Below are positions 38,379 through 51,431 of a stretch of 64,000 nt of DNA, piece after piece. The stretch's first letter is position 1; every line of letters starts with the position of its first letter. The position numbers and the translations under genes were made by a program. A model generated the notes under the pieces. The model worked only from the letters and a program-made list of their open reading frames with translations, had not been told where the DNA came from and ran no database searches. Origin of the DNA: Amphiscolops sp. MND2022 (Eukaryota). The stretch lies in assembly GCA_964187785.1 (NCBI GenBank), contig OZ076415.1, forward strand, positions 43,586,001 through 43,650,000, given 5' to 3'.

Positions 38379-40606
38379 CTGTAACAAAAATCAAGATAAG
38401 AAATTACATTTACACTCATCTACAAACAGCTTACAAATTTTACAAAGTTTTTCCATGCATGTTCGCTGAATTGTCCATTTCAGTGTTTGTCCATTCCATT
38501 GTTTAATGTTCTTTTAGAAGCTTTGCCCATTCCATGCTATCACAACTTGACTCTTTGGCACTCTCATAACGAAACATTTCTTTGAGAGTTCTATTTTTTT
38601 CTGATTTTACGAGCAAACATGGCGTTCGCTGAGCACCGCTACAAGATTATTTACCCCTGCTATATTTCAACAACGTACTTGAAGAATTTCGGTGATGAAT
38701 TACATTGGCTTTGAAAAGTTTGAATTACAAGTTTGAAAAGTGAAGTGAAAGCTGATGTTTTAAATTCCCTAGACGCGCTATTTTATTAACGCTAGTTGAA
38801 AGTGCTCAAAAGTGTTTATATGTTTTTATCGGTTTATAGGCTGCAAATTAAATTTATTAGGTTTTTGCGATCTCCTTGGTGAAGTTTTTATGCTGTGTCA
38901 CTAAATTTTCATGTATTAATCAGGATTTCTCTGCAATTTTGCGGGTTTTCAGAGCAACATCAAGGAAATTAAAGACAAACTTCTCGCAAAATTTTGAATT
39001 TTTTCCATTGAATTGATTTTTGATGAAGTACATTAGGTTTTAAGACAAAGACAAAAGCGTTTGAATAAGTTTTCGAAGTTTTTTTGGAGGTTTAAGATCA
39101 CTCGGAGCCTTCGTTTTTTTGCCTCATTACTTTAAAAGAAATTCTGTGAACTGATTGGAAGTTTTATTCAAAGTTCATGGATAAGCTTTGAGCTTTTAAT
39201 AAACTGCCTGGAAGTTTTGCAAAAATTTTTCATGCAGGGTCCCTGAATTTTCCATGTTTTGTAAAAAAAAATGCAGCATGGAACACGTTCCAGCTGATTC
39301 GACTAGGGGCAGCATTCAAAAAATGGCTCAAAGCTTGCACATACGTTAAGCAAATTAGTCTGGTATATCATTGGCTGATACCGGCTGATTTTGGAAAGAT
39401 TTTTACTGGGAAACAGAAAGTTTTTGAAAACAACACTCACAGTAATAGGGTACTTTTAAGTGTTTTAAAACGAGGAGGGGCAATAATTGACATGAGCGCT
39501 TAGCGAGCAGAAGTTTCGATTATACAGAAGGCGGTTTGGTTTGAATAGAATCAAACTGGGGTGATGTCTCAACCCTAAATGGACCAAGCAATTTCAGGAG
39601 TCATTCAAACATTTGGTACTTAAACTTTAAACCGCAATATCTTCTCAACCATTCAAGTTCCACAAAACGATTCATAGCGCGTTCGAAAGAAGATAATCAG
39701 GGTTTTTAATTTTATTCCTGAACTGCTGGATTGAGGGGGCTGTTGGCTTCGCCGCACTGGTTCCCAACTTTGCACCAAAAAAAACTTGCACGCTTCCTGC
39801 CTCTGATTGCAATTCAGCATGTTTCAAAACATGCAAGGGTCGCTTCAACCCAACCTTGATGCCACAAACAGCAACTGGAGGAACAGAAAATCTGAACTGT
39901 TTCAATTCGATTTTTTGGTTGCGGTATCTCGATTTCAGCGACATCAAATCAACATTTCGTGAAAATACGTGCAATACTCTGTAATATCGTCTAAAAATCT
40001 TATTCAAGAGTTTTCTTTTCAATACGTTCAGCTACTGCTATGAGAAGTTTGCAGAAAGTGTCTACCATGTTACCATGCAAAATCGTACCATGTTCCATTT
40101 AGGGTCAACATTACGTGTTCTCATTCAAACATCTTCCAGCTATATGCTTCATCTTTATATATCCTCTCTTCGCGTAATTTTCAAATCATATACACCATCG
40201 TTTTTTAAAGTTCTCTGTGAGCCGTCTCGTAAGGCCTTCTCGAAAATCTTTTTATCACAAATGACAAATCTTTTGAGATCTACAAATGTCAAAGCAGAAA
40301 AAAGTATAGTATTCAAATTTGAAGCGTTGAATTAAAATCGTCTGACTCTTTTTAAATTTTGTCTTCATGATGTTGGCATGCTATTCTATCGGACACCCTG
40401 ATTGAAGCCTAGCCTCTAGCGGCGCTGACCTGTACAATCTTCCACGAATTTGGCTACGAAAACATGCCGATATAAAACTTTCTGTCATACAGTGGCATTA
40501 ACAAACGTACGCTTCAGGGAAGGTTGTTATTAGGGATTTTGCAATCAGTAACAAGCTTTGTCCAATTTTGGATTTTTGAATACACGTAGAGCAGCGAGAA
40601 CTTTTT

Positions 40607-40745
40607 NNNNNNNNNNNNNNNNNNNNNNNNNNNNNNNNNNNNNNNNNNNNNNNNNNNNNNNNNNNNNNNNNNNNNNNNNNNNNNNNNNNNNNNNNNNNNN
40701 NNNNNNNNNNNNNNNNNNNNNNNNNNNNNNNNNNNNNNNNNNNNN
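40607..40745. other. Assembly gap
   Basis: Run of N. Confidence 1.
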
Positions 40746-41764
40746 CTGACTCGTTTTTGCTAATTTCATTATTCATTGCATTCAATGCTTTCTTGTATTG
40801 AGTACAATTTCCCAGGAACTGCTTTCACTTTTTTGGTATTCAAGAGTCACAGTTAACAGTTGGTACATGCATAGTAAAGAGATACAAGAGTACAATTAAG
40901 TTTTGTAGCCACGCTTTCTGAAATTTCAAATAAAATTCCAACAACATTAGATTGTTTTCTAATTATCGCAATTGCCAATGCCCAAAAGCCATGAAAATTG
41001 ATATTGCAATTTTTGCAACTAAACTAATCTTACTGAAGCCAAAAAGTGAAAAGGTGCCCTTTCATCAAATAGATTTTTTTTCGAGAAAAAGTCGCACAAT
41101 GCCAAAACAAGCCGGGAACGGCCCAAGTCGGTGTCAAATCTAAGGCTTTAAAAAAACAAAAGGACTACAAAGTGTCAAGTAATCTCTTCTACAGTACGAA
41201 TGTAGGAAAAAATTGAAGTTTTCCGAAACATTTTTCGAATTTTTTTTGAAGTCTCCGGTAAGTCGCATAGTGCCGAAAAATTTGAAAGGGACCCTTTGGG
41301 ATTTTTTGAAAATCCATTCTGTTGCAAAGTAGAAAAAAATGAAGCAGGACCCTTTGGAGACATTAAAAAAATTGCGAAAAAAAATCTCACAAAGCCGAAA
41401 TAACCAAAAAAATTTCGGTCAAGGACGAGGCCCGAACCCGTCCCTTCTGCTTGGTAGACCTCAAAAAATCCTAATTAACTTCTATGCCAAGTGAAGTTGG
41501 AAGTAAGTAACTGAGGTAAGTAGAAGTTACATTAGTGTGGCAGTTAGTGGAAGCAACCGCTTCAGCTTATAAAGCCTATTAAATCTTTCACTTCGTTGGT
41601 TTTTTAAAAAAAGAAAAGTCAATGCAATAGTTTGCGTTTTCTACGATCTTTTCCTCAATTATTGACAAAACTCTCATCAATCCCAAGGACCAAAAAATAA
41701 TCAAAGAGGCCACCCTTAAGATTCGGTTTTATTTAACTGAAAGTCTCAAGAAATCAAAAATAGT

Positions 41765-41964
41765 NNNNNNNNNNNNNNNNNNNNNNNNNNNNNNNNNNNN
41801 NNNNNNNNNNNNNNNNNNNNNNNNNNNNNNNNNNNNNNNNNNNNNNNNNNNNNNNNNNNNNNNNNNNNNNNNNNNNNNNNNNNNNNNNNNNNNNNNNNNN
41901 NNNNNNNNNNNNNNNNNNNNNNNNNNNNNNNNNNNNNNNNNNNNNNNNNNNNNNNNNNNNNNNN
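41765..41964. other. Assembly gap
   Basis: Run of 200 N. Confidence 1.
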
Positions 41965-44329
41965 GCGAAAAAAATTCCGAAACATTTTTTTGAAAAATTT
42001 TTAGAAATATTTTTTCGCTAGAATTTTTATCGAATAGTTTCATAATACCGAAAAACCTCAAGGTTGCCTCTATGCTCGCTAAACGTTTTTTGTTTACTAA
42101 AAGTAGAAGGGGGGCTTTGGTAAAAAAAATCAAAGAAGCTCGTCTAGTATCTAAAAAAACTAAACCATTTGGTCTTTTCCACCTCTGCAAGCATTAAAAT
42201 TTTGGTTTAGCTAGTGACTCGAACCCACGTTAGTCTGAAATGATCCGATAAAATGGTTTGTTGGTCATCCACGGTATGAATAGAATAAGAATATAAAACG
42301 TAAATTTGATTGGAAAGCAAAATTTCTTGAAAATAGCTGGATAAATCATTGTACAAAACAGTCGTTTACAATGGGGATGAAAAAAAATAAAAGCTCAAAT
42401 CTTTGCCCAGGTTAACCATTTTTTCTTCATTAATCTATCTTCTAGGATTATATATAGGATTTATCTATAGAAACTCCATTTTTATGCCGCAGCCTAAAAT
42501 AGAAGTATTTATTTACACAAAAATATATGGTATAAAATTCTCTTCTAAGCTAAAAATAGGAATGATGGCAGACAAAGATTTAATGCCTCGAGAGCTCAAT
42601 AATTTAGTGTCTTGAGATTTCTTTTGACAGCTTCATTTTCAAGGTAGATACACTTTCGATATTTCCCAGTATTCCAAGGTGGAATATCTCGCTCTTTTTT
42701 CAGAAATTGTCACTTCGTCAACCACACTTAGCGCAACTGAAGAATTATCTATTATTAGGTACCTCGTTTTGCTTGCATTCAGTTGCTTTGGCAAAAGAGA
42801 AATTGTTTGAAGAGTTAGACGGTTTTCTCCAATCTGATGTAATAATATCATGTTAATTGGAAACCAAATAGGAAATTACACATTTGGTTAACTCATGTTA
42901 TTTCAATAATAGGCAAACCCCTACTTTAGCATACAATTTCCTCTTACAATACCCTTTTAGCATACAATTTCTTGTTATGCTTAGAATTAGAAATTGTGTG
43001 ATAATAAATATTGCTTGCCCATTATTTTCATACGACTTTTAAAACGCAGCAAATTATCTAGATAATTTGCTGGGTTCTAAAAGTCGTAAGAAAATAATGG
43101 TAGATAGCTACTATTCGGAGTTTCTGGAGGAGCTCAATTGATTTTTAAAATATATGGAAGTAAAGAAACCTCAGCCACGCAACAGTTTTTGAACTGAAAT
43201 TTTGGCACAAAGTGACTGAATAACATTTATATTTTAATCGCAGACTGATCAAGTTGACAAAAACGACATCTTTGCCACTCAAGGTATCTGAGAAATTTAC
43301 CCGTGCTGACACTCTAGGGCACTACAGCGATGGCTACCGATTAGCCATCGATTGCCACTGGTGTACACAAACTTGACTCAATTGAAAAAATTTACAACAC
43401 TTGTAACTGATTGACCACCGGTTGGTTAACCGTCGGTTGAAAAACTTCACAAGTCAAACTTTCATTTTCATCTCGGAACTACCAAGGTTAATGGTGAATC
43501 ACGAGCAAAATCTCAACTGTTAGACTCGCATTTTATTGTCTCAGGGTACCATGATGATCGGGAATAGCGAATAGCTCTCTCAAACCACAATGGTTTTGCT
43601 AAGGGTCATTTTTTCAGTAGTTATCAATGGTCAAACACACAGGTTCAAATAGAAAACCTTGTTGCTGTTGGTTTTTGTCTCAAGCATTAATCATGATAAT
43701 TTGTCTCTTAGTTTTTTGGGAAAACTTTCATCTTGTGCTCTTGACTCAGCAAAAACGTGGAAACGATGATGGAATTGAGTTGTCAGAATTGCCATCAATT
43801 TCAATTATCATTACCAATAACTGAAAACCAAATTATTAAAATTTGAAAATTTAATTTGAAATTTATTCCTGAATAATAATTTTTTTCAGCCGAAACTGTT
43901 GCAAATACATACATTTGGTTGCTTTTCAGAGTTCCTATTGACATTATTCGATTGGACGTCGTTCACACGGAGATGATTTTGCGTCGCCATCACTAGATTG
44001 GCTAATGGAAATTTAACCACAAAATGTAAAGGTCAGTGTCGCGTCCCCAAAGGTGCGATGGGTCCGGTGTGCAACTTTAAGAAGATAAACAACGTCTACA
44101 ATGTTGTGTCAAACTCTAAAAACTCATCCACTAGTCATGTAAGTTATGTAAATATATTACTTCTAATCAGGGTCTCTTAATTGTTTTACTTTGTAAAAGT
44201 AACACCTGGATGTACTTTGGGCAAATTCAAAAGCCTTAATGATGATTTTATTAGTCCAAATAACACATGTGCAGTGCTACTATTTCATTCTGAACAAATG
44301 ATATTAATTGGATACGTCATCATACAATA

Positions 44330-44560
44330 TGATTACTATTGAATATGCATCACTGCGCGCATTTGTAATTCTCAGTATACGTCATTATACGTTTCAACCA
44401 TTAATGAGTATACGTCACTATACGTATTTGTGATTTTCATTATGCGCCATTATGCGGTTTGTGCAGTGATGAATATACGTCAATATGCGTATTTTCTCAT
44501 CCAAGTTTATATGCGTCATCCCGCGGTTCAAGGAGTAGCGAGTACTCGGCATTGTGCGTT
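44330..44560. repeat. TATACGTCA/TATGCG degenerate array in the LTR of B
   Basis: Repeated tatacgtca(c/t)tat(a/g)cg units. Confidence 0.7.
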
Positions 44561-44708
44561 TCTCGCTATGTTCCTTTTAATTTGAAGGATTAACTTTATG
44601 TTTCCATATATAGTGATAAAAGTCCATAAAATATCGTTGTTTAATACCTTTCTAGGGTCCTTTAGACAGCGGAATCGTTTCTGTATGTCATGATATGATG
44701 AATCATAA

Positions 44709-44718
44709 TATATAAATA
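44709..44718 (+). promoter_or_regulatory. Candidate TATA box in the LTR of B
   Basis: TATATAAATA about 300 nt upstream of the gag ATG; mirrored at 58988. Confidence 0.45.
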
Positions 44719-45007
44719 GGATGACGACATTCTGACGAGGCGCTATTATTAGGTTTTCCTGGGAATGATGCTAGTAAAATTGCGTGTCATCCTTTTGTAA
44801 TTTTTGGGTTTTCTTTAGAAATAGAAGGAGCTAACACAAGTTGAATAACTTTCCTCAAGTTCAGTTGGTTTTACTGGACCATAAAGCAATCATTGTAAAT
44901 CATCTTCATTTTTGGACATCCTAAACAACACCGCCTATTTTCATACAAACTTTCATTTCAAATTCAAATTCTTGACCCTGCAAACTGATCGTTTTCACTT
45001 GAGAAAG

Positions 45008-46702
45008 ATGGGGAATAAGAGAAACAGGAGATCTAGAAGACTAGAAACACCGTCTCCAGACAGAAACCCGATTGAGGCACAAGTAGATACGTCAACTCAA
45101 GGTAATGAGACTTTGAATAATTTTAACTCAGTTTTACAAGAGAATTTAGGTGAAAACGTCTCAGAAAATCCAATGGTTGAACCAAGCCAAATTAGTAACG
45201 AAATCCAAGTTTGGACCCAGATTATAGAACAAAAGAATAATGATAGAATCGAGAGAATGAGAGAAGAAATAGACAACAAGTTCGAAGCAATTCTGAAAGA
45301 AATCAAGTCAAATAAAAGTGCATCAACAGTAACAAATCCGAGATCAGAGCTCAATGAAAATCAGGAACCACAAGCGTCGGGGTCCAAAACTAACAAGCCT
45401 ATAGGAGTTCACGCATCTCTAAATGAAAATTCAGATTCGGAAGATGAAGATTATCCTTTAAGGGCTTCAAAAATGAAAGATCTTAGACATCCTGCAAAGC
45501 CTTTGTTTCGAGCTGAATCAGATGTAGATGTAACTATACATTCAGACGAAGAGTCTGATGCTGAACCCCTAAGAGAGGATTATCACATGGTGACAGGAGC
45601 CAACCGACAACTCCATAGGCAAAGTTCACAAAATCCTCTAAACGACACAACAGGATCCCACGCAAACCAAAATGCATCAAATTCAACAACAACACCACTT
45701 GATCCAGTCAATCAAATCGCACTTGCCATAGAAAAACTGGCGAACAAAAACTCACCACAATCACTGTTTCATCCTAAAAATACACTCACCTTCAACGGAA
45801 AAAACGAGAAAAACGAAAAATTTGAATACTTCGAAGACTTGTTTCACACAACACTCCGAATGCAACCAAACCTAACAGAGGACATGAAAATCAATCATTT
45901 TCACGCCCATCTCAGAGGTTTGGCCCTCAAAACCTTCAAAAATATACAGCGAACTCCAAATACCACCTTAGAAGACATTCTGAAAGTCTTTCGCAGAAAA
46001 TATGTAAAACCGGAGTCTAGTGCATCTGCAAAACACAGATTTAACAGACTCTCATTTGACCCAGAACACCAAAAACTCCCGGATTTTCTAGAAGAACTCC
46101 AGGAAAGTGCCGAAAAAGCGTTCGGGGAGAACGCCCACCAAATGATAGAGAATCTACTCTATGCCAAAATGCCTCCCCACCTTAAAAAATCCATTAATCA
46201 AGCTTATCTTGAAAATGGAACATACGACCAAATCGTCAAACATCTCGAAAGAGAGATGGAGCTAAATGGTTTGGAAGCTGATGAACCCCTGGTGAAAACC
46301 CAGATGTCGGCCACGAAAAAAGAACAAAACGCTGAAAAAACCAACAAAAAACAAAATGAAAAAGCCAAAACACAAACACCAAAAACAGTACCGAATAAAA
46401 CCCTCAAAAACGATCAATGCCGCTACTGCAAAGAGACAGGGCACATGATGGCTGAATGCCCCAAATTAACCAAACGACGTAAACTTGAGGAAGACCCAGA
46501 TGCTGAAAAATGCCAAAATTGCAATACACCGGGCCATAACGAAGAAAATTGCTACTTTGGCGCAAACATGGAAAATAGACCACCTAAATGGACTCTCACT
46601 GAAGCCCAGAAAAAGGTGATCGAAAACTATAAACAAGCTAAAAAACCAATCAAACCACGAATGGAACGACAACAACAATCCTCGTCGAAGGATTTAAACT
46701 AG
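45008..46702 (+). CDS. gag: Gag of Gypsy B (intact; N-terminal about 193 codons lie in the LTR)
   Basis: ATG MGNKRNRRSRR at 45008, capsid-like region, two CX2CX4HX4C knuckles (CRYCKETGHMMAEC, CQNCNTPGHNEENC). Confidence 0.93.
   Translation: MGNKRNRRSRRLETPSPDRNPIEAQVDTSTQGNETLNNFNSVLQENLGENVSENPMVEPSQISNEIQVWTQIIEQKNNDRIERMREEIDNKFEAILKEIKSNKSASTVTNPRSELNENQEPQASGSKTNKPIGVHASLNENSDSEDEDYPLRASKMKDLRHPAKPLFRAESDVDVTIHSDEESDAEPLREDYHMVTGANRQLHRQSSQNPLNDTTGSHANQNASNSTTTPLDPVNQIALAIEKLANKNSPQSLFHPKNTLTFNGKNEKNEKFEYFEDLFHTTLRMQPNLTEDMKINHFHAHLRGLALKTFKNIQRTPNTTLEDILKVFRRKYVKPESSASAKHRFNRLSFDPEHQKLPDFLEELQESAEKAFGENAHQMIENLLYAKMPPHLKKSINQAYLENGTYDQIVKHLEREMELNGLEADEPLVKTQMSATKKEQNAEKTNKKQNEKAKTQTPKTVPNKTLKNDQCRYCKETGHMMAECPKLTKRRKLEEDPDAEKCQNCNTPGHNEENCYFGANMENRPPKWTLTEAQKKVIENYKQAKKPIKPRMERQQQSSSKDLN
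45588..45601 (+). promoter_or_regulatory. Primer binding site of Gypsy B (inside the gag frame)
   Basis: TGGTGACAGGAGCC immediately after the LTR; tRNA identity uncertain. Confidence 0.7.
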
Positions 46703-46772
46703 AAACGCCACGCCTTTACACAAAATCACCACAAAAACAAAACTTAGCAGATGACTGGCAGCATCCGCTGAG
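46693..46772 (+). promoter_or_regulatory. -1 programmed ribosomal frameshift signal
   Basis: T TTA AAC in the correct phase before the gag TAG. The -1 frame is open without stops into the pol ORF. Downstream hairpin at 46743-46772. Confidence 0.85.
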
Positions 46773-49700
46773 CCCAAAACCCACAAAAACAACAGTTTGC
46801 GAAACTGAACAAACGACACAAACTCCGCAGCAATCGACCTTAGAAACTCAAACTGCAGACTTATACGAACTTTTACATGATGCACCAGACAACTACTTCC
46901 CAAAACAACAAACCCATCCTAATACTGACCCAGACTCCAATATTCACCACGATTCACCTCTTAAAAATCATGTCACTATCAAAACTTCTTGCAATGATCA
47001 AAAACAGCCCCTTCTAAATGAAGACCTAGCTGAACACCTACAATTTGACAAAGAACGCAACTTGTCATACCTACCAATTTCAACATCCTTGACATTGAAG
47101 CGCAAACGACACATGTACTACATTCCAATGGACTTCCAAAACCTCACACTTGATGGTCTTATTGACACAGGAGCTCTCACAAGTGCAATCTCCGAACAAG
47201 ACCTCAACAAAATCAAATTACTCGCAAACGATGCGATAAAAGAAACTGGTCCTCCACCAAACTTCCAAATTATGGTGGCAAATGGACAACTAGAAGTCCC
47301 CATTGGTACAGTACTACTAGAGTTCGAAGTCGCAGACTTCATGTTAAAGGAAAACTTCATCATCATGAAAACCCTACCAAACCCGCTCATCGGATTGTGT
47401 TTCCTTCGCCGAAACAACGCAATTTTCGATGTCACACAAGGAATCTTAACCTTTCCTTACCTCTCGATGCAACTGAAACCCGATACCCAAACAGCAATAC
47501 GGCAAGCAACACCATTGTTTGCAGAAAATACCTACACACTCAGGCCAGGCGAAACACTTGCTATAGCAAGCAAAATGCCTCACCTGATGGACCATAACGC
47601 AACCGGAATAGTCACTCCATCACAACAATTTGAAAACCACGATAGTATTTTTATTACAGCATCACTTAGCACAGTTAATAATAATGCCATCGGCTACCAG
47701 ATCATCAATTTTTCAGAATTGCCATATACAATAACCATTGACATTTTCGCCAGACATCGCTTTGACATCGGTATAAACCGCGAATTCAAAGTCAAATTAA
47801 CACCCAACGACGACAGGCCAGCTTACAGCCAGAGTCTGCCAACTCCAATCAACCTCAAAGACGACATCACAGTAGAACTTGCGCTTCTACACAAGTACGG
47901 TATAATCACTACTCTACCGTTTTCCAAATATGCAAGCCCGATTTTTGCACAACGCAAACCAAACGGGCGCCTTAGACTCTTAGTTGACCTCCGGAAAATC
48001 AATAATCTTATCACTGAGGATTACGCCAATAATAACCACCCGGTAAGCACCTTATCTGATGCAGCCCAACACATGGCAGGGAAAAAGATTTTCTGCAAAC
48101 TGGATTGCTCCCAGGCTTACCACTGCCTCCAAATGGCTGACTACCAATCTATCCAGATGCTCGCGTTTAACTTTGCAAGCAGAACATTTGCTTATCGACG
48201 CCTCGCCCAAGGTCTCAGTCGATCTCTCTCCGCATTTTCAAGCTTCATGAGAGAATACCTAGACAGAGCAATTAAAGCAGATCAATGTGCCCAATATGTC
48301 GATGATATCGGCATAGCAGCAAACGACACAAGACAATTGTGTATAAACATCAAAACTGTTTTTGAATGCATCCGCAATGCCGGACTGAAACTCTCCATGT
48401 CGAAATGTCATTTCGGAGTTAAACAAGTCGACTTTTTGGGACGCACAATCACACCAGACGGAGTTGCCCCTCAAGCCGACAAAGTGAAAGATTTTTTGGC
48501 AAAACTCAAATTCCCAAAATCGAAAAAGGCACTTCAAAGGTATATCGGATTCTTGAATTATTACCGAAACTATATACCTCGCCTTTCAGAACGACTCACC
48601 CCGTTTTTCAAACTCCTCAAAGAAACCTCCAAATTTTATGTCCCTACAAACTTGGTCGAAGACTTTACAAACCTCAATCAACTTTTAGAAAACTCTTGCC
48701 AACTCGCACTCAAACAACCCTTGAAAGACAAACAACTCATAGTCATGTCCGATGCAAGCTTCACAGCTGCAGGATATGCCATCATGATTGAAGACGATCC
48801 CAATCAGAAGCTCCAATCCAAACGAAAAACCTACGCACCCATTGCGTTTGGATCAAAAACATTCAATCCAACACAAACGAAAATGTCCATCTATGCAAAA
48901 GAATTCCTCTCAATATATTTTGCATTCGTGGAGTTTGGACACCTCATGTGGGGGAGTACCTTCCCTGTCATCGTGTTCACGGATAATCGGTCTGTCACCC
49001 GGTTTTTCCAAACGAAAATGATTCCTCCAGCGCTTTGGAATGCATGCGATTATGTACTACAATACAATTTTGTAATCGCCCATGTAGCTGGATCGATGAA
49101 CACAGCCGCCGATTTCTTATCTAGAACCGAAAGTAACCCAACCGAGAAGCTCGAAATGACCATTCGCAACGATATTCACACAAAAGCAATCGAAGTGAAT
49201 ATACAATCAACTGGAATTGTCGAAGAAGAACAAATTTATATCCTTCCTGATGAAGAAATCGATGAAAATCAACTTTGGGAAGAAAAACAACACACTCGCA
49301 ATCAAGCACAAAACGAAACTCACAATGACCCAGAGAACGACCTCTCTGAACTACAGCAATTTCATAAACCCACATCCGGATTGATCTCCTACTCCTCTGG
49401 ACACTTCAAGGACAATGCGAGGATACGCCTTGAACAGAACAATGACATAGTCCTTCGAAACCTGAGAGCCAAAATAGAAGGCGAACCGTTTGATGAAAAC
49501 GAACTAGCTTCCGATTTCAGATATCAACATTACTTACAAAACATAACACGAATCGAGATTAAACACGAAGTTCTCACACGCAAATACTATACAGATACAG
49601 GAATGATCTCGCATTATCAAATCCTCTTACCAATCCAACTTCTTGAAGAACTACTTCAAGCCCTCCATGGACATAACTCAAACCATCCAGGAATTACCAA

Positions 49701-51200
49701 GATGATTCAAGAAACACGTCAAAAATATTACTACCCATGTATGGCCAAATACATAAAGAAATGGGTCAGTAATTGTCAGATTTGTATACAAACAAAACGT
49801 ATCAACAATGATCTCCTCAGAACCGAACTCCTTAATTGTCCCGAATGGGACCTTGGTCCGGAAGACATCTTACAGATGGATATTTTGCCAAACCTCCCCC
49901 CAAGCGGAGGCTACGATCACATCATCACAGCAATAGATGTCTTCTCACGATATTTGTTTGCCTATCCTGTGACTCGAATTACCGCAACAGCAGTTTCAAA
50001 AGTCATAATGGATATCTTATGCAAACATACCTACCTTCCAACAACTATAATCACGGATCTAGGCACTCAATTCAACGCACAAGTCACTCATGAAATTGCG
50101 GCAGTGCTTGGAATCGAACTGAAACATGCCACAATGAAACATGCACAAACCATAGGACTATTAGAAAGAACTCATGCCTCAGTTAAAACACACCTAAAAG
50201 CTGCCACGGGCGAATTCAGGAACAACTGGCATAAATATCTTCCTCTAGCAGTCCTCAATCACAACACCACATACCATGCATCACTCGGTTGTGAACCTTC
50301 ACGAGTTTTCCATGGCAGGATACCACACAATATTTTAGACTATAAACTTGGATACAACCCTAATCCGAGATATCAACCTCAAACCGACATAGCTGAAGAA
50401 ATCCATAAAAGGATGAAAATTCTGCTAGACCAGACAAAGAAGAATATCATGCAATCTTATCTCAAGTACAAGGCGTACTACGATAGGAAAGCAAAAGCAG
50501 CTCCACTCGAAACGACGGACTACTGCTATATTCTTAACCCAAAGGCTGACACTCAAGCAACGAAAATACCATTCCGAGAATTCAGATGGTGTGGACCTTA
50601 TAAAGTTGAAAAAGTGCTCCCTAACAATAACTATATTGTGAGGAGACTTGGCACAAATAAAACCCAACTACTACATCGGATTCGTTTGCGGAAATTCACA
50701 CCGCAAGCCCCTTTAGCAGACATTTTTGTTCGCGAAACCGACTGGCAAAAAGATGATCAAATGACTATAGCAAATGATGATCTATATGCCCAATCATGGA
50801 ACACGAATTTTGGAGCAAATCCATTTGATGACATTCCCTCAGATGCAATACACAATACTGAGGATACCGAATATGTCCCAATTCAAATACCCGACAATAG
50901 CCGCCCACCCTCCCCAGTATCTTCAAAAAATAGCGGGGGGAGCCCAGTGGATCAGACCACTGAACCAGATCAAAATCACGGAAATCATGCTGATGAAATT
51001 CCACAACAATCAAATGATGATGATAACAATACCCAAAAAACCCAAAAAGATACATATATTTCAACAGAAGATGATACTCAAAAACTCCAGAAAATCCCCA
51101 AAATACCCCATTGCAAGAAGAACCCATAAATACCCGTGGTGAAAAATACAACTTACGCCCTAACCCCAACCCAAACTACTCTGACACATATAGATATTAA
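46693..51200 (+). CDS. pol: Pol of Gypsy B (PR, dUTPase-like, RT, RNase H, IN); has an in-frame internal deletion and a 1-nt frameshift near the C terminus
   Basis: LIDTGA, YVDD, MSDAS/TDNRS/ADFLSR, HGHNSNH...CQIC, QMDIL/TDLG/LLERTH. The ORF-track stop is 51129, but the tail homologous to A (EKYNLRPNPNPNYSDTYRY*) ends at 51200 in another frame. Confidence 0.93.
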
Positions 51201-51431
51201 AACAACTTCTAAACTTTGACTCATACAATCACTAAGAAAAGAATTGCAGAGGAAAATTTTCTTTGAACTCCTTCTCTCTTGACCGCACTTTAGTGCGTAG
51301 CTTGACTTTTCCTCGTTTTCTTCTATACTAAAATCTGCGCTCCACCCAAATAAATACAAGGATGCACAGCTTTACAACACAAATGAAACAAAAGATGAGC
51401 ATAAGACTAAATAAAGAGAAACAGTCAACAA

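Larger units (their letters stand above)
44037..45587 (+). repeat. 5' LTR of Gypsy B
   Basis: tgtcgcgtcc...gattatcaca, repeated at 58316-59866. Confidence 0.97.

Noticed and set aside
40498-42190. ORFs containing X runs (also 63091-63678)
   Set aside because: Artefacts of translating through N gaps.
44912-45007. ORF-track N-terminal extension of gag (MDILNN...)
   Set aside because: It uses a TTG start. The conserved ATG shared with A is at 45008.
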